A stretch of DNA of 64,000 nt from Blasia pusilla (lineage: Eukaryota): the NCBI GenBank assembly GCA_050084515.1, contig CM114271.1, positions 40,114,001-40,178,000 of the forward strand, read 5' to 3'. Of this stretch, positions 13,730 through 28,439 are shown piece by piece. Each line of letters begins with the position of its first letter. Position 1 is the first letter of the stretch. A program made the position numbers and the translations under genes. The notes under the pieces are model-generated. The model did no database searches. It had not been told where the DNA came from and saw only the letters and a program-made list of their open reading frames with translations.

Positions 13730-16069
13730 TAACTTTACTTTCACTCGAGTCGGCAATGCTTCCCCGTTCAAGGTCTCCAAGTGCAAAGACCCATTCTCAA
13801 AATTTCCACCACGCGATAAGGTCCCATCCACTTCAATTTCAACTTCCCTTGAAATTTCATCCGGCGGTTATCATAGAGCAACACTACATCCCCGGAACTT
13901 ACGGATTGCAGCCGCAGATGCCGGTCATAGCGCTTCTTCCGTTCATCCCATACCGTCTTCATGTGGCAAAGGGCTAAGTATTGTGCTTCATCCAAAGCAA
14001 CTAGGGCCTCATTCTTTCTTGTTGTGACCACCGACTCCTCGTCCGCTCTGCCCTCCTCCAAAATACGATAAGTGGGCAGGTCCCATTCAATGGGGGCTAG
14101 TGGTTGAACTCCATATATAAGGTAAAACGGGATATACTGCATGGTGACTTTCTTACCGATACGATAGGCCCACGCTGCCGCCGGAATCTTTGCATCCCAA
14201 TTGTATGAATATGTGACCGCTAAACCATTCAAGATTCAGAAAATTAGTCCATTAGACTTCTCAATTCACCCATTTGCTTTAGGGTCGTAGGGGGTCTTCT
14301 TACAATGTTTGATTAAGAAATGTGTTATCAACGATTCAATAGTCTTGTTAAGAAAGTGAGTTCTTTGGTCACTCAGCAACTCCAAGTCTCCAACGGACAA
14401 CCGTACCGGATGATAATCATTTCATAAGAGAATTTTGCTACTGCTTCACTATCATCTTTCCGAGTAGCGACGACTTCCACCATCTTCGTACAGTAATCCG
14501 TTGCGATAAGAATATACTCTCGGCGAGTTTTTCGAGTATCCAGAGAAATTGGTCCCACAAATTCAATTCCCCATTTCTCAAAAGGAGCTAAGGGAAGTAT
14601 GGGCACCAAAGGCCAGCGAGAAGTAGTTGTTGGCCTTCCTGCTCTTTGACACGTATCACATTTCTGAATAAATTGCCCCATATCCTCAGGATATGGGGCA
14701 ATTTATTCAGAAATTTATCGGCCACCAATAGCGAGCAACTAAGATCTTCTTTACCATATTCTTAACGGCATAGTGCCCTCTTGGATGGATAACCGTAATA
14801 ACCCTAGGAACTTCATCTGCTTCCAAGCATCTTTGATACTCTTCATCAGTGCCCAGCTTAAATAACACCCCTTGGCACAACTCATATGGTCATACTTTAT
14901 GTAGAAACACAACCCGTTCTTCCGCCGTCATGGGCGTCGAAAGTCGTAAAGTCAATAAAAAGCGTAAGATGTCCTCGTAGAGGGAACTGCACATTTTTTC
15001 TTCACTAATCTGAAATAGGTCCTCGTAAGGAAAAGTGTCATCCAAGGTTTTTGCGAGATCTGCATTTTTCATCCGTAAGCGAGATAAAAAAAAATCCGCG
15101 TTGGTGTGCACCTTGCCAGCTTGAGTGAATACATCAAAAGTAAATTCTTGTGACAAGAAGATCCACCGAGAAATCCTTCTGGATAGGTCAGCCTTAACCA
15201 TTAAAGTTTGGAGCACAAAATGATTCACATGAAAAACTAACTCGTACCCCAACAAATAGTGGCGGAACTTTTTGCAAGAGAATACCATCCCCAATGCCTC
15301 CCTCTCGTTAGTAGTATACTTCTGTTCTGCGGTTGAGAGTTGTCGACCCGCATAGTAAATCGGGTAATCATGCTTCTGTTCATCGAGTTGGCTCAACACC
15401 ACCCCAATAGTGAATGATGATGTGTCCATATACACATGGAAGGTCTTTGTCCAATCAAGAGGACGAAGCATAGGAGTTGCTAAGAAAGCCCGTTCAATTC
15501 CTCAAGGGCGCTTTACATTAGGAGGTCCACTCTCACTCAATCATCTTCTTCAACAAGGTAGTCAAGGATTTTTCTTTGACCGCATAATCCTTAATAAAAC
15601 GTCAATAATAGGCTACGTGACCAAGGAAACCTCTAAGTTCTCAAAGATTTTTAGGAGCTTCCAATGCCACAATTACCTTCACTTTTTCTCTATCGACTTT
15701 TATCCCTTGTGAGGACACTCCATGTCCCAACATGATACCTTGTCATCGCAATATAAGATTTCTCCGAATGTAGGGACAACTAAACCTCTCAGCACCGAGC
15801 TAATGTTAGCTTCAGCTTGTGTAAATGTTCTACCTCCAAAATGAAAATACAAAAATCATCAAGGACGATTTTGATGAATCTTCAAAGGTACTCTTGGAAA
15901 ATGGAAATCATCATCCGTTGCAATGTGGCAAGTACATTACACAACCCGAAGGTCATAACTCGGTACGCAAAAGTACCCCAATCAATAGTGAAAGTAATGA
16001 GAGGCCGATCCTTTTCTCTAATTGACACTTGAGCATAACCGGAGTATCCGTCCAAGAACGTATAACACT
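13730..16069 (-). pseudogene. Ty3/Gypsy (Athila-like, non-chromovirus) pol: RT C-terminal part, RNase H, integrase with GPY motif
   Basis: FLDGYSGYAQV...FGLCN (RT); YYAGRQL...NEREALGMVF..KFRHYLLG (RNase H); CDTCQR...PFEKWGIEFVGP (integrase); KLKWMGPYRV (GPY/F). Frameshifted. Confidence 0.92.
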
Positions 16070-16089
16070 CACTAAAACAATTCCATAGT

Positions 16090-16940
16090 TTTATGACTGG
16101 CTCATATGACTCCCTCAAGTCATATATGCCTTAAAATGACTGGAAATGACTGATGACTTATGGAGTCATAAAAGCCTAGTCATCTACCATACCATGACTC
16201 GAGTCATTTTAGGATAAGAGACCTAGTCATTCATTTAAATGACTAACACATCACTAAAGTCATATAATATGACGACCATATCAGCATATGACGTGGCAAA
16301 TCGCCAAGTACGACTACTTAAATCATGTCACATTGTATGAGTCAATTGTAGTCATATTGTTCGTAGAATTTCATAAAATTGACTTCACATTCAATTCTAT
16401 GACTAGGCTTTCAAATATGACTAAGTCACATTGATCATTTTGTTTCGTCTAAATGACTTTAAATGGATATATACGACTCAAGAAATGACACGGTCTTTGT
16501 GTATGACTCAAGCCTGACTACTTTGTATGACTCCATGCTTTGTGAATATGACTAGGAACTTAAATATATGATTGTTTTAAATGACTCCATATTTTTTTAA
16601 TACATTTTTTCTTATGACTAGAATCTAACTTCTATATGATTGATATTTTGCATGACAGGTCTAAATGACTCCACGATTCATTAATATGAGTGCATGATAG
16701 ATGAATATAACTAGGTACCTGCATATTTGACTTTTAAATGACTGTATATGGTTTTAGTATGATTTGGTACATGTTTGGATTAGTAGTTTAAATGATTGCA
16801 TATTGTTTTAGTATGACTTGGTACATGTTTGACATTAGTAGTTTAAATGACTACATATGGTGTGATATGACTAGAGTTTGGCTACATTATATGACTGAAT
16901 GATTTATGACTAATATGATTCATATGATATTTAAATGACT
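16090..16940. repeat. CACTA subterminal ATGACT/AGTCAT repeat field (left end)
   Basis: Dozens of ATGACT-like hexamers in both orientations. Confidence 0.85.
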
Positions 16941-17373
16941 TCAAGATATGGGAATCAAAAGTAGATCTCATGATAAAAGGCTAAGGTTCTCTTTGTAGAA
17001 TGTAGCCTATCCATTCATGCATTTATTCTCACAAGGCATCGATAAAATAACCAAATCAAGGGAAAGGTGGAGATTTTAGTTCAAACACTCCATTCATCAA
17101 CTGAGAATGCGGTGTAAAAACAAATATCTGATTGGAAACTACTAACTATCCAATGTAGGAACTAGAATAAAATTCTGTACTCTCATATTGAAGAAAAGTA
17201 AATTCAGCAAAAAAGAAAGTGGTCATAAAGATTACTACAAGTAATCAACAATGACTTCTGTGGAGAGTTTGAGATTTCATAGAGAACGAGTCAACAAAAC
17301 ATGCACTACTGTAAGTAAGTATTGTCTAAATGTAGGCATGAACGTCTAATATTAGCCTATGATTTCTTCAAAT

Positions 17374-20300
17374 TTACTTCAGGCCAAAGTACTGAATCTC
17401 CAAGAGCATCACCCAGAGTGTATTGGATGGCATATCAGCCTCATTTGGTTGCCATAACTTATGATCCAAGAATGCAAGATGGACAATCTTCAGATCCACG
17501 CGTACCATCCCCGATGGGATATCACTCCCATGAAATTTGTGTTGTCCACTCAAGCCAGTTACAACACCAGTGCCCAAAATTGTCCTGCTGAGCTTGGGCT
17601 TTAGGAGTTGAACCTCATCGCCCACACGAATCTGCAAACCCAAGATCCCCGAATAAGTCTTTGGAGGAAACAAATGCATAAAGTTGGTGTTGGACATATA
17701 ACACAACACATTATTAGTTACAATTCTTTCAATTGAAATATTGTAGCACTTGAATAAAGTTCTGATTATCATGCCAAGCAAGAAAGTTTTTCTTCCAAGT
17801 CCATGTGCATACCTTCCCAGTGTTTTTTTGTTGCTTCCTGACTTTTCATCGCTGTCATGTTCACTACTTGCAGCTTGAATGGTGTCAGAATGCACTCTTG
17901 TAACACGTCTCTTTTTGTTTGGAGAAGACTCTTTCTTCCCAACAATGAAACCTGCATGGTACAAAAGGATAGTAAAATAAAAGAAAAGTAATTTTGTTAT
18001 GTTGAATGTACATCCATAGAAGACTACTGATATATAGCTATAATATCAGAGAGGGAAGTATACCAAGCTGGAGCTTGACATTTACTTGTTGTACATACTT
18101 ACTAGTTGTACATAATCTCTTGTTGTAAAAAAATTGAAGATCTCTTTGAATCTATAGTAAGTATAAGGATATACCAAGCTGGAAATTGACATTTACTTGC
18201 TATACATATTCTCTTGCTGGAAAAAAATGAAGATCTCTTTGAAACTATAGTAAGTGTAAGGATAACAAAAGTAGAGAGGGGAAGAAAAGGAAATCTAAGA
18301 GGGTTGTTGTTTTAGGTATGTTATCAAAGCAAACAACGATACACAAAACTGGAACTTCACATTTAATTGTTGTACATAATCTTAAACCATAATGCATTGA
18401 AGATCTCTTTGAAACTATAGAAAGGGTAGGGATAACAAAAAAATGGAGGGGAAGAAAATCAAACCTGAGAGAGTTGTTGCTTTAGGGTTTTCAGAAGGTG
18501 AGTAGGATTTTGATTCGTTTTCCTTCTTGACTATCACACAACAACAATATTTATAAGAAACTAAAAGAATTTGCACTTACAAAGGATATAATTTTTATAA
18601 ACCAAATCAGGATTTTCTAAACTCAATACTTACGAGCTCGAATCCCTTCAGTTTGCCCATCCAAGTCCCTTGATACCTCCTTATGAGCACCCAAAACATC
18701 TACTCCAATCTTTGAAGGGTCATCCTTGACACGAGCAAGATCTGCCATGTAATTTCATAGGAAAAATTATCAATTTCTAATAACTGCACCAATGCTTGAA
18801 AAGAAACAAACTTGAGAGAGGACTCTTACCTTCTTGCTGACTCATACTATGAGTCTTAGAAGGACCACATGTATTCACTTTAGGTCTCTTCTTTTGTGAA
18901 AGCTTGTTGATCATATCAACAAGCATGGAAAAGGCCTCTTTTTGTTCTTTCTGGTTTTTTTCCAACTTCTCCTCAATCAGGGATTGGTTGATTGACATCT
19001 TCTTCTCCAAGAGGAGTTGGTTCCTCTCCAATTTTTGCTCAAGATCACCCTTGATGATACCCATATCTGCATTCCATTCCTTCTCTACCTTCAGAAGTTG
19101 AGTGGTTATGCTTGACTCTGCACTCATCTGAAAAATAAAATGATATCCATATAGTTAGTATGTTCCCTGCAAATATATAGCTCCAACTCCAGGCTATATC
19201 AGTCTTTGTATGAAGATAAATCAAACACTATCATAAGTCATATTTAACTCGGTAGCATTATACTCACTCGGGAACCTCCAGTGTAAAGGCTATCACTCGC
19301 TGCTGGTGTTTGCTCTTCAGGTTCTTTCGTGGTCAATGGTACTGTCACACCTCCCTCCTATTGGTAAGATTACATACAAACCAATGAAAGTGAATATATC
19401 AGGCGGTGAAAAAATCTACAATGTATTTACAAACCTCACAATACACGGGAAATAATTCACACATAATTATAGCTAACTTACAAGACTCTCTTGTTGTGGA
19501 ATTGGTCTATTGTCAATAACACCTACATTGCTTTGTGTGGTTGATCCACCTCTGCCCTATACATGGAGAAACCCAACAATACAATTAGAATCACTAACAT
19601 TGACAAACATTAACAATCTGAACACGAAAGTGCAGAAATCATAAATATAAAAGAAATGAAAGCTAAGGATAACTTACAGAAAACCCCTCTAAACCTCCCC
19701 GTCCGCTGTGATTTAAAGTCATAACCTTTGATCTTGCATTCACCATCTTTTGGGCCTTCAACATACCCTCTTCAGAAAGCCAATAATCTACCAAACGGCC
19801 CCATGCGTCTTCCTTAGCATCAGGGTGGCAAGGGACATCAACATGAGCCCCATTGGCCACCCGATATGCTTTCATCGTGGACCGTTCTGTTTTTAATAAT
19901 TGTGCACATTTCTTCTTCAAAAAGTCCAAACATAAAGATGGTGCCCCAACATATGTGTACGCACTCTCAATGTGCTTGCTAACTGTTGCCACATTAATAG
20001 CCTCTTGCCTACTCATCTCGACACATGATAAGTCGAGATAGCGTAGGGTCCATACCTTTAGGTCATTCAACCATGGCTCATAACCGGGCACCTTCGTCTT
20101 TGGAACCCCAGTAGGAATTAATTCACATCTAGGTAGTAGGTTTTGGTCCTTGCGTTGAGCCACATCACGGTTCCACAAATCTCTCTTGGTCCTACTTCTC
20201 CTCGCACTTGCCCTATCACCTGAAGAAATGAAAGGTGCAAGAAAATCAATTTAGACATGCACATGTTACAAAATGTAGGGAATAAAAGACCAGATCACTA

Positions 20301-22619
20301 ACCGCTTGTACTCAACATTCTTGGTCGACATTTAGACCATGCCTCAAAAGCGACTACATGTGGACATACCCCCACTTTTATTTCTGGGTTTGGAGAGACT
20401 AGGGGCCATAAAAGACAAACTGTCATTTTGATGCGAATGTACACTCGTCCCAACAAATCTCAATGGCCCATCAGAAAATGTTGAGTCATAACCTTCTCCT
20501 GCAGTTGGATAAGGGGGCGGAGGGCATGGTGCTCCATCCTGTCCACAAATGGAGATAGCACTCGTACATCCTTCATCAACACTATAGACAAGAAATTAGG
20601 ACTTCACAATCTGAAAAAACACACCAAAGCAGGAAAGGATAATGGCCACTTTTCGAGTCATCATGAGAAGATCAAGAGTTAAAGAGTTATCATTCCTTAA
20701 AAATAGAGAATTTGATCACAAATATACAATGTGGAAAGAAGGTTACACTTGGCGTTGCGCATGGAAGAACCAAGTTGAATGGGTCCCCATTGCTGTTGAC
20801 TCTCCATCGGGGTAAAAGTTTGTGTATGAGAATCCCATTCGGCGTGAGATCCAGATGGTAGAGATGGCTGGGTATTGCCTACCCAGGGGCGTTCTACAAC
20901 TCTAGGTTGTGACCAAGACATGCAAACAGGCCATTGGTCTTGAGCGGTCATGTGTCCAGCCATAGGAGTTTGTTGACCCCATTGTGGTCGGGGGGAAGGG
21001 TTTAGGGGCAAGCCATAAGAGCCATGTGGGCCATGATTCAACATCAACGGCTCGCGCTCATGAGTGTACCACCTTGCACCCATTGGTCCACCCCAGTATT
21101 GGCTACCACTCTCTGACCATGGGGGATATTACCAACCCATTTCTGATCTCCCACTTTGGCCTGAATCATGTGCCTTATAAGTGGCATGAGATTTGTGGAA
21201 TTCTCTCCCTCCAATACCCTGAGCATATGAAATAGAAATAAAAGTTAGTGTACTATAATAAATAAACACAGAGATTGGAAGAATTATGTATCCCACACAA
21301 AATCTTACTGAAGATGGTATATAACATATCATTGTAGTTACCCTTTTGACTTGGATCGGATGGAATGTCGGCCCAATATCCTTATTCACGAATGGAGGAT
21401 GAGGTACATCTTCCTCCTCATCATTCTGGTATTCTGAATCTTCAGTTGGCATATAATCTGAATCTTTCATTTTATTATCCTTAAGGCTTTCAAGCATTGA
21501 AGGACCTGGTAAGCTCTCCAAGACCTTTGATGTCAATCTCAAACTTAGTCGCTTTTCCACTACCTCTGCCACTATTGCTCTACAACATGAGGCTTTCTTG
21601 GATGCCTTTGCTGGTCTCAGCCTTTCCAAACAATGATTTCATCATCAATCATCTATGTAAGATCATGCAAGTCTCATTTACTACGAATAAGAAAACTACA
21701 TGCAAGAAGGAACGGAAAACCATGCAATATTATTGCAATTCACATCTCATGCAAGGTAGTGAACTACTTACTCTGAGGGAATATCACCAAGATTTTTTGC
21801 TGCTCTTCTTTTGTTTTCCCTTATCTTCCGTGCCCGTTCTTGTTCAATCAGGAGTAGAGCATGAAGGTCCTTATCCAGTAGGTCTGGACTCTCAAATCCA
21901 TCCCCAATATCAGAGTTCTCCAAGTTTGAAGAGTTTGTGGGCGTATTAGGATGTCTAAAGTTGTCATTACCTTGACCATCTAGCTCCATTATAATGTGCA
22001 GAGGTGATGTTTCTCTCTCATAAGTTATTGCCTCTCTTTCAAAACCCTTAGATATTTCTTGCCCCTCTGTACTCAAATCATAAGCCACCACATTTTTGTT
22101 GAGATCAGCCCTCTCCATGGTTGCACTCAGATCTGAAAGGTGCCCTATAGAACCGGGTCTACACACACTTGACGTACTACTACTCTCTCTAACTATAGAT
22201 GCAGTGGAAATCCTATTTTGCATCTCATAATTATTTTCTTGGCCTTGGTCCAGTTCCCTTGTCTGCCCTATCTTATCCTCTTGTTCATGTGCATTTGCAC
22301 ATTTCAATTCACCATCACAAACAATGCTTTCATCACCCTTGATATTATCCTCTCTAGGGACATTCTCTACATCACTCGACAAGGGCCCCCATCTCTCATC
22401 AATAAGATCATCATACACCACGAAACGATACACACATATCTCACTCTTGTTCTTGTGACATCTCCACTTCAAGGCCCAAGCCTGATGATTTAGCCCATCA
22501 GGAAGTTCCCCACTTGCATTACGTAGGCCTTCAGAAGCAATAATAGCCTCAAGGTCTGATCGAGTTCCCCCCTTACCACCTATTGTACTACCTTGGAGGG
22601 CATATGAATGGCCCTCCAT
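17374..22619 (-). pseudogene. CACTA TnpA-like multi-exon ORF (Ptta/En/Spm- and TNP1-like segments)
   Basis: DAWGRLVDYWLSEEG...NARSKV...HSGRGG (19663-20178) and GTGVV...HKFHGSDIPSGMVRVDLK (17374-17640) resemble En/Spm ORF2 domains. GT/AG-bounded pieces; exon structure not fully resolved. Confidence 0.65.
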
Positions 22620-22823
22620 TATGAAAGGTTCTGTTGAAAAATGTCGTCAAGGAGTTGAATCAGGAGAGTTATCATGCATGATTGACAAATGCAAACATCT
22701 CAGAAAAAGGTTAAACTAGAACCATGACTTTTGACTCACTTCTCAAAGCAAACCGCATGTATGTCAAATATTTAAACAAAAGGAAAATTAAATCTCTACA
22801 TCCTCTTCGGAGCTCTCTTCTTC

Positions 22824-25800
22824 CTAAAGCACTTCTCTGGACACGTGGATGATAGGGACATTATCACAATCTCTATTTGCAGTCACCACCTCTTCAGCAG
22901 TGAGCTCTACAACACCTAGAGTGTTAGCTAGTGGCACTCTTTCTGATGGCATTTCAATCTGGTCAATTGCAACATAATATCCTTCATCTAGGTTTCCACC
23001 ATCATAGATATCCGAAATTACTCGACGGGATCTAGATTCTTTTCTCAAAACAACCTTCCATCCACTTCCTGCATTCGTATCTCCAAAAAAGACTTGTTCC
23101 ACTTGAGATGGGAACACAAAGGGTTAATGGTTGATAGGTTCACAAGATCTAAGGTTTACAAGTAGAAAGCCTTCATGGTCTCGCTTCATGGATGGCGTCC
23201 GTGATTTCCAATCTTCCCTCACCCACCTCCCTCTCATTAATATTACAGGTTGATCAACAATCCCATAATCAAGCGCAATTACATCGACCAGAACTCCCAC
23301 ATATGAATAAGCACAATTCTGATCATCATTACCCTCATCCAAAAATATTGCTCCAATTCCACTATCGTAAGTGGAGTATGCATTATATCCACCCTCTCCC
23401 TATACCCTATAGTGATTGCCATAAGCCTTCATAGACTTGTATGAGAGAACTTTTGCTTGTGGAGGAATTGACAAAGCCAATAGCACTTCATCCACCTTCC
23501 CATCTTTTTCCCTAGCATCTCGAAGGATAGCTGGTTGAATCCACTCTTCAAAAGAAACTGATGCATTCTCAGCCTCAAATTTACTGGTAGAAAGAAAGAA
23601 CATCACCAAAGAATAAGATGACGTGGAAGCTGAAACAAACATGTAAGGTTCAGAAGATCAGGTTCAGGGTTTCCATACATTGAATTCATTGAATATAGTT
23701 GAAATTTACGTGCGCCACATGACCATACACTCCATATTGTGTAGGACATAATGGTGTGCCAAGATAATCACTTCTCGGGATAATATGATTTCACCTTCCA
23801 ACTCCTTCCCTACGATCCCTTCTTCTTCGCCGTCATCCCATGTTCGTGTCCTCACATCCTCAAATCTTTTCATATACTCAGTCACAAATCCCAATGCCTC
23901 ATCTTTGATATACCCCTCTGCCATACATCCCTCTGGGCGAGCTTTAGATCTAACATATTTTTTCAGAATACCCATGTATCTTTCCATTGGATACATCCAT
24001 CGGCAAGCTAAAGGCCCACATATATCCAATTCTTGGACAACGTGGATAAGAAGATGTGTCATCACATCAAAAAATGATGGTGGAAAATGCATCTCCAATA
24101 GGCAACGGGTAATTTTTGTATCCTTATGTAGTTGTTCATAGCATGTAGGATCATACACTTTACAACACAATAACCTAAATATCTTACTCAAACGCATGAT
24201 TGATGAGCGAATTGGATCCTTCATTAGCCCACGAAGGACAAAGGGAAGGATTTGGTGAATCAACACATGATAATCATGTGACTTCATGGATCCCAATTTC
24301 TTTTTAACCACGTGCTTCTTCAACTCCGCACTATATCCTTCATTAGCCCACGAATTGGATCCTTCATTAGCTCCTAGGATTTTCCTAGGAGCTAGGAAAA
24401 TGGACATTTCATGAGGTGATAAAACATAATCACATTGAGGTTTCACTAGCCCTGTTGCTTTACTTGGATGGGGTTGTAACCATAAGTGAGGTAGAATTCC
24501 ACGAGCCTCCATATCTCTTCTAACCTTCACTGTATCCTTCATCCCAAATAGAGTTTTAACTAGATTCTCAGATATATTCTTCTCCACATGCATAACATCT
24601 AGGATGTGTCGTATCAGCAAATGCTACGTTGAGGTCAAGGAAAAATATATACATATTCATGGTTGACAAGAGATAAGTAACTATATCGCCTATCACAACA
24701 AAAATTTGAAAACAATTAGATATTTGTTGGATACTTTCCAGTATGGCAAATCAAAGAGTACACTTCGCCGCTTTACCCCTATCCTCTTGTATGGATCCGT
24801 AGGAGCATCCTCTCGACCACCTCCATCGTCATATATTTTTTTCTCTTCAGCCCATTCCAGAATTTAATCTGATGTAATCCTTAGCGGTGGTGGTCTAGAC
24901 TCACTCTCACCATTGAATCAAGGGCCGTAAGGTCGCCCTCTCCAAACATGGTCTAGTGGAAGGTGTCTTCTATGACCGCCAAATACAGGCTTTCCACATT
25001 GTTTGGAGAAATCTGAATCCACATACGGTCCACATACGGTACATGCAAGTTTTCCACCATGGCTTTGCCGTGAGATTGTGCCATAGGCTGGATAATCATT
25101 TATAGTCCATAAGATCATGGCTCTAAATTTGAACCCATGTGGTCTTTTCACATCGTGGAATTCAATCCCATTCCACAACACCCTAAACTCCTCTATCAAG
25201 GGGGCCAAGAAGGTGTTGATATTCTCTCCATTCACACTCTCCTTACCAGGTATGATAAGAGCCAACATGACAAAAAACTTTTTTGTTTGAAGCCAAGGTG
25301 GAAAATTGTAGTTAACCAATAGGATTGGCCATGTTGACCATGAGTTTGCCTTATGAGAGTATGGATTAACTCCGTCAAGTGCTAAACCAAACCTACAATT
25401 TCTACCCTCTATAGCAAAATCTGGGTACAAACGATCAATATGATTCAAAGCCTTGCTGTCCCCTGCATGTCTTACCATGCCATCCTTACTTTTGTTCTCA
25501 GAAGACTGACTCAATAACTCAGACAAGGCCCTACACCTATACATACGCCAGATCCGCGGGATTACAGGGAAGTGTCTCAATACCTTATTTGGTACTAAAG
25601 ACTTCCCGACTTGCTTGAACCTAGCATTCCCACACTTCAGGAAAAATTTTGCACCTTCCAAGTCCCCTCGAAATAGAACACAACCTTTAGGGCAGGCATG
25701 GATAGAGTTGTAGCTCATACCAAGTTTACTAATGAGTTTATTTGCTGCATAGTATGATGGTGGGACAAGATTTTCAGATGGGAGTACCATCTCACGTAGG

Positions 25801-26430
25801 AGTTTCAATATCTCATCAATTACAATATTAGGGACCCCATGGGTCGTACCAATATTGAAAAGGAGCATAACAAATGCAGGTAAAGAAGTCTTGGCTCCAG
25901 GGAAGAGTGGCTTGCATGCTGCGGTAAGCTCGTGAAAATCTGATGGAATATTTGGATCATTGGTTTCATTGAGGTTCCCGTTCTCTGTCCCACTTTCATC
26001 AACAACCATATCCTCATCATGGAGATGATCATATTCTCTAAAAATATCATTCAACATCTCGGGAACATCAATATCAACATCAAAATCAGGATTCTCTAGA
26101 TGCGAGATTTCAGGTCTAACAAAGGATTGCATAATGTGCTCACGTTGCTCCTTGTCATTGACCTCTTGTTGTGTGAACCACTCCTCATCTGAAGAGTCCC
26201 ACTCCTCCCTACTTTTTGGAACTCGACAAAGATGAGATCGACCATTTTTCCTTAGACGGTCTTCTACCTTTGCTAGTCCCAAGGTAGTTCCGCCCTTGCC
26301 CTCTTCCTCCCCACTTTGCGAGACCTATCGCACTCCCTTTGCCACAACTTATAGTCGTGTGCTTGGATTCTATGAGGATGTGTCAAATCCAACCGGACGT
26401 GAGCAGTCCTTTGTGGTATCATCACCCCTA
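22824..26430 (-). pseudogene. CACTA TnpD/Tnp2 transposase (Transposase_21, DUF4218- and DUF4216-like segments), spliced and partly disrupted
   Basis: IHACPKGCVLF, GLALDGVNPY, STWPILLVNYNFPPW, WTINDYPAY, RHILDVMHVEKN, MKSHDYH, FFDVMTHL, RWMYPMERYMGILKKYV, PEGCMAEGY, FPSQVEQVFF. Confidence 0.93.
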
Positions 26431-28439
26431 CGTCAAGTTAATAAGAACATAGGTAAATGAATGAAGGAAATTATGGCATCCCATTGTTCCTAACATTACA
26501 AACATGGAAGTGAAAATGTTTCAGTATGGTGGATATCTATTGGAGCAGAATATGTTGATTTCAATATAAATGAAGCGAGAATCCGTAATTATCTACGTAC
26601 CTTGAGTATATCAGGTATACCCCTCCGTGAAATATAAACCTCTCGTTGATATCCTTCTCTGATAGTGATAATTTGATCCTCTACAATCCGCAAATGAACT
26701 TTGACACACACCTTCACAACATGACACATGGAGATGTCTTAAGTATATGCACAGAGATTGTATCACGTGAATGATCAGATATAAATACATCAATACAGTT
26801 TGAATACTATAAGGTGGTATAAGATTTATTTTTCCCTAAGTCTATGTGCACTTAAAGTGATGATTCATCCATAATTTCTGAATTTCAGACCATTTCCATG
26901 TCAAATGCCTTATCTTTAGGTTGTCTGTTTGAAGGGTATGGTTATTTCTTCTATATTTCTTCATTTAAACATTGTAGCTTTCAGTTTTTTTTTGGCAAAT
27001 TATGCATTAAAAGAAAACCACAGAGTCAGAGGATTAGCCCTCATTGCTACATAACAAAACCCGGTTCAATTTTTAGCCACATCACAACTCCACAAACAGT
27101 TTGCTACCCTGATTTTGTTGTCATCCAGAATACTGCATTTTGTGGTAAATTTTGTGTGATATTGCATTATTTGTTGATGCTATGGTAAGATATAGAAAAT
27201 CAAACCACTTGGCCTATCCATTCATGCAAAAATTGAAATCATCCGCATTTACATCAACTGGACAATGGCTTTCTATCCGATGTTGCTGGTCATTATAGAC
27301 CAATTTAAATCAAAAGTCAGTGTTCCAAAATAGGCTTTAAGCTCCACTTTCTCTACTAGCTCCCTCTTACTTCATCTCAAAATCTGGTATATATATCCAA
27401 AATTCCAATCTGTAGTCATTGGTGAAAATGGTTTCTCTATCACTTGTAATGCATGAATTCCTTAAAACCATCCTTTTCTGCCTTTTTAACAAAATGAAGT
27501 CAATCTCACTCAAAAAGTTATAGAGTTTGAAAGTTCCAAACCTACCAAGCTGCTCTCCTGGAACGCCACCAAATAGGGCCACAACAAAAATGAGCACAAC
27601 ATGGGCAAAGACAACCACTCAAGTTCTCCCTACGATAACCAGTTGCGCTGCATATTCTCTCACCAGGAAGTCTCTCCATTCTCACAGAAGAGTACTCAAA
27701 TCTGACTATACATGGTTTCCCATAATATGCAATAGCTGCATGGATAAGAGCCAATGCCTTCCTAAATATGGGTGAAGAGTCCTCACCGACGACCATGCCA
27801 TCAGAATCATGACAGATATGAAGGGTCATGATCTCTGCAACACCCATCATCAACCAAAGAAGGATGCAGTATCGATCCTCTTGCATAGATATGAAATCAG
27901 AGGCCGTCACATATAGATGGTGTGCTTTTGAATGAAAGCGCCGATTCTCAATTCATTCATGCTAGGTCCAATACCAATACCAACCTTCCTTCGTTGTCTT
28001 TGATGTAGTCGTAGGCTGCCATGAAGTTCAATTTGTACATCAAGCGGTGGTTGGTCAATTGGATTCATCCTTCAGGGAAAATTAGTGGTCCTCTGAAAAA
28101 TATTGGGGAGAGTTGCACACAAGGAGAACTACACACAGGTGATCGATGGCGCTCGCAACAGGAAGCAACAACCAGCTTTGAGTACAAGTAGTACTGAATC
28201 CTGCATAGCTCAGAATCATAAAGCTTTGTCAAAATTTGCTTGAAGTGCGCATAGCCATCGAAAGTGGAGCTCAAAAAAACACGTAAAGCAAGAGACCTAG
28301 GAGAATAGACCTTAAACCAAAGAAGAGAGCTTGCAAGAAATTTTGAATTACGGGAAGAACCAGCAAAAAGACAATGAGCAATTAATCACAATAAATGATT
28401 TGTGAAGGAGCCCAAAGAAATGGGATGGCTCTTTTGTAG

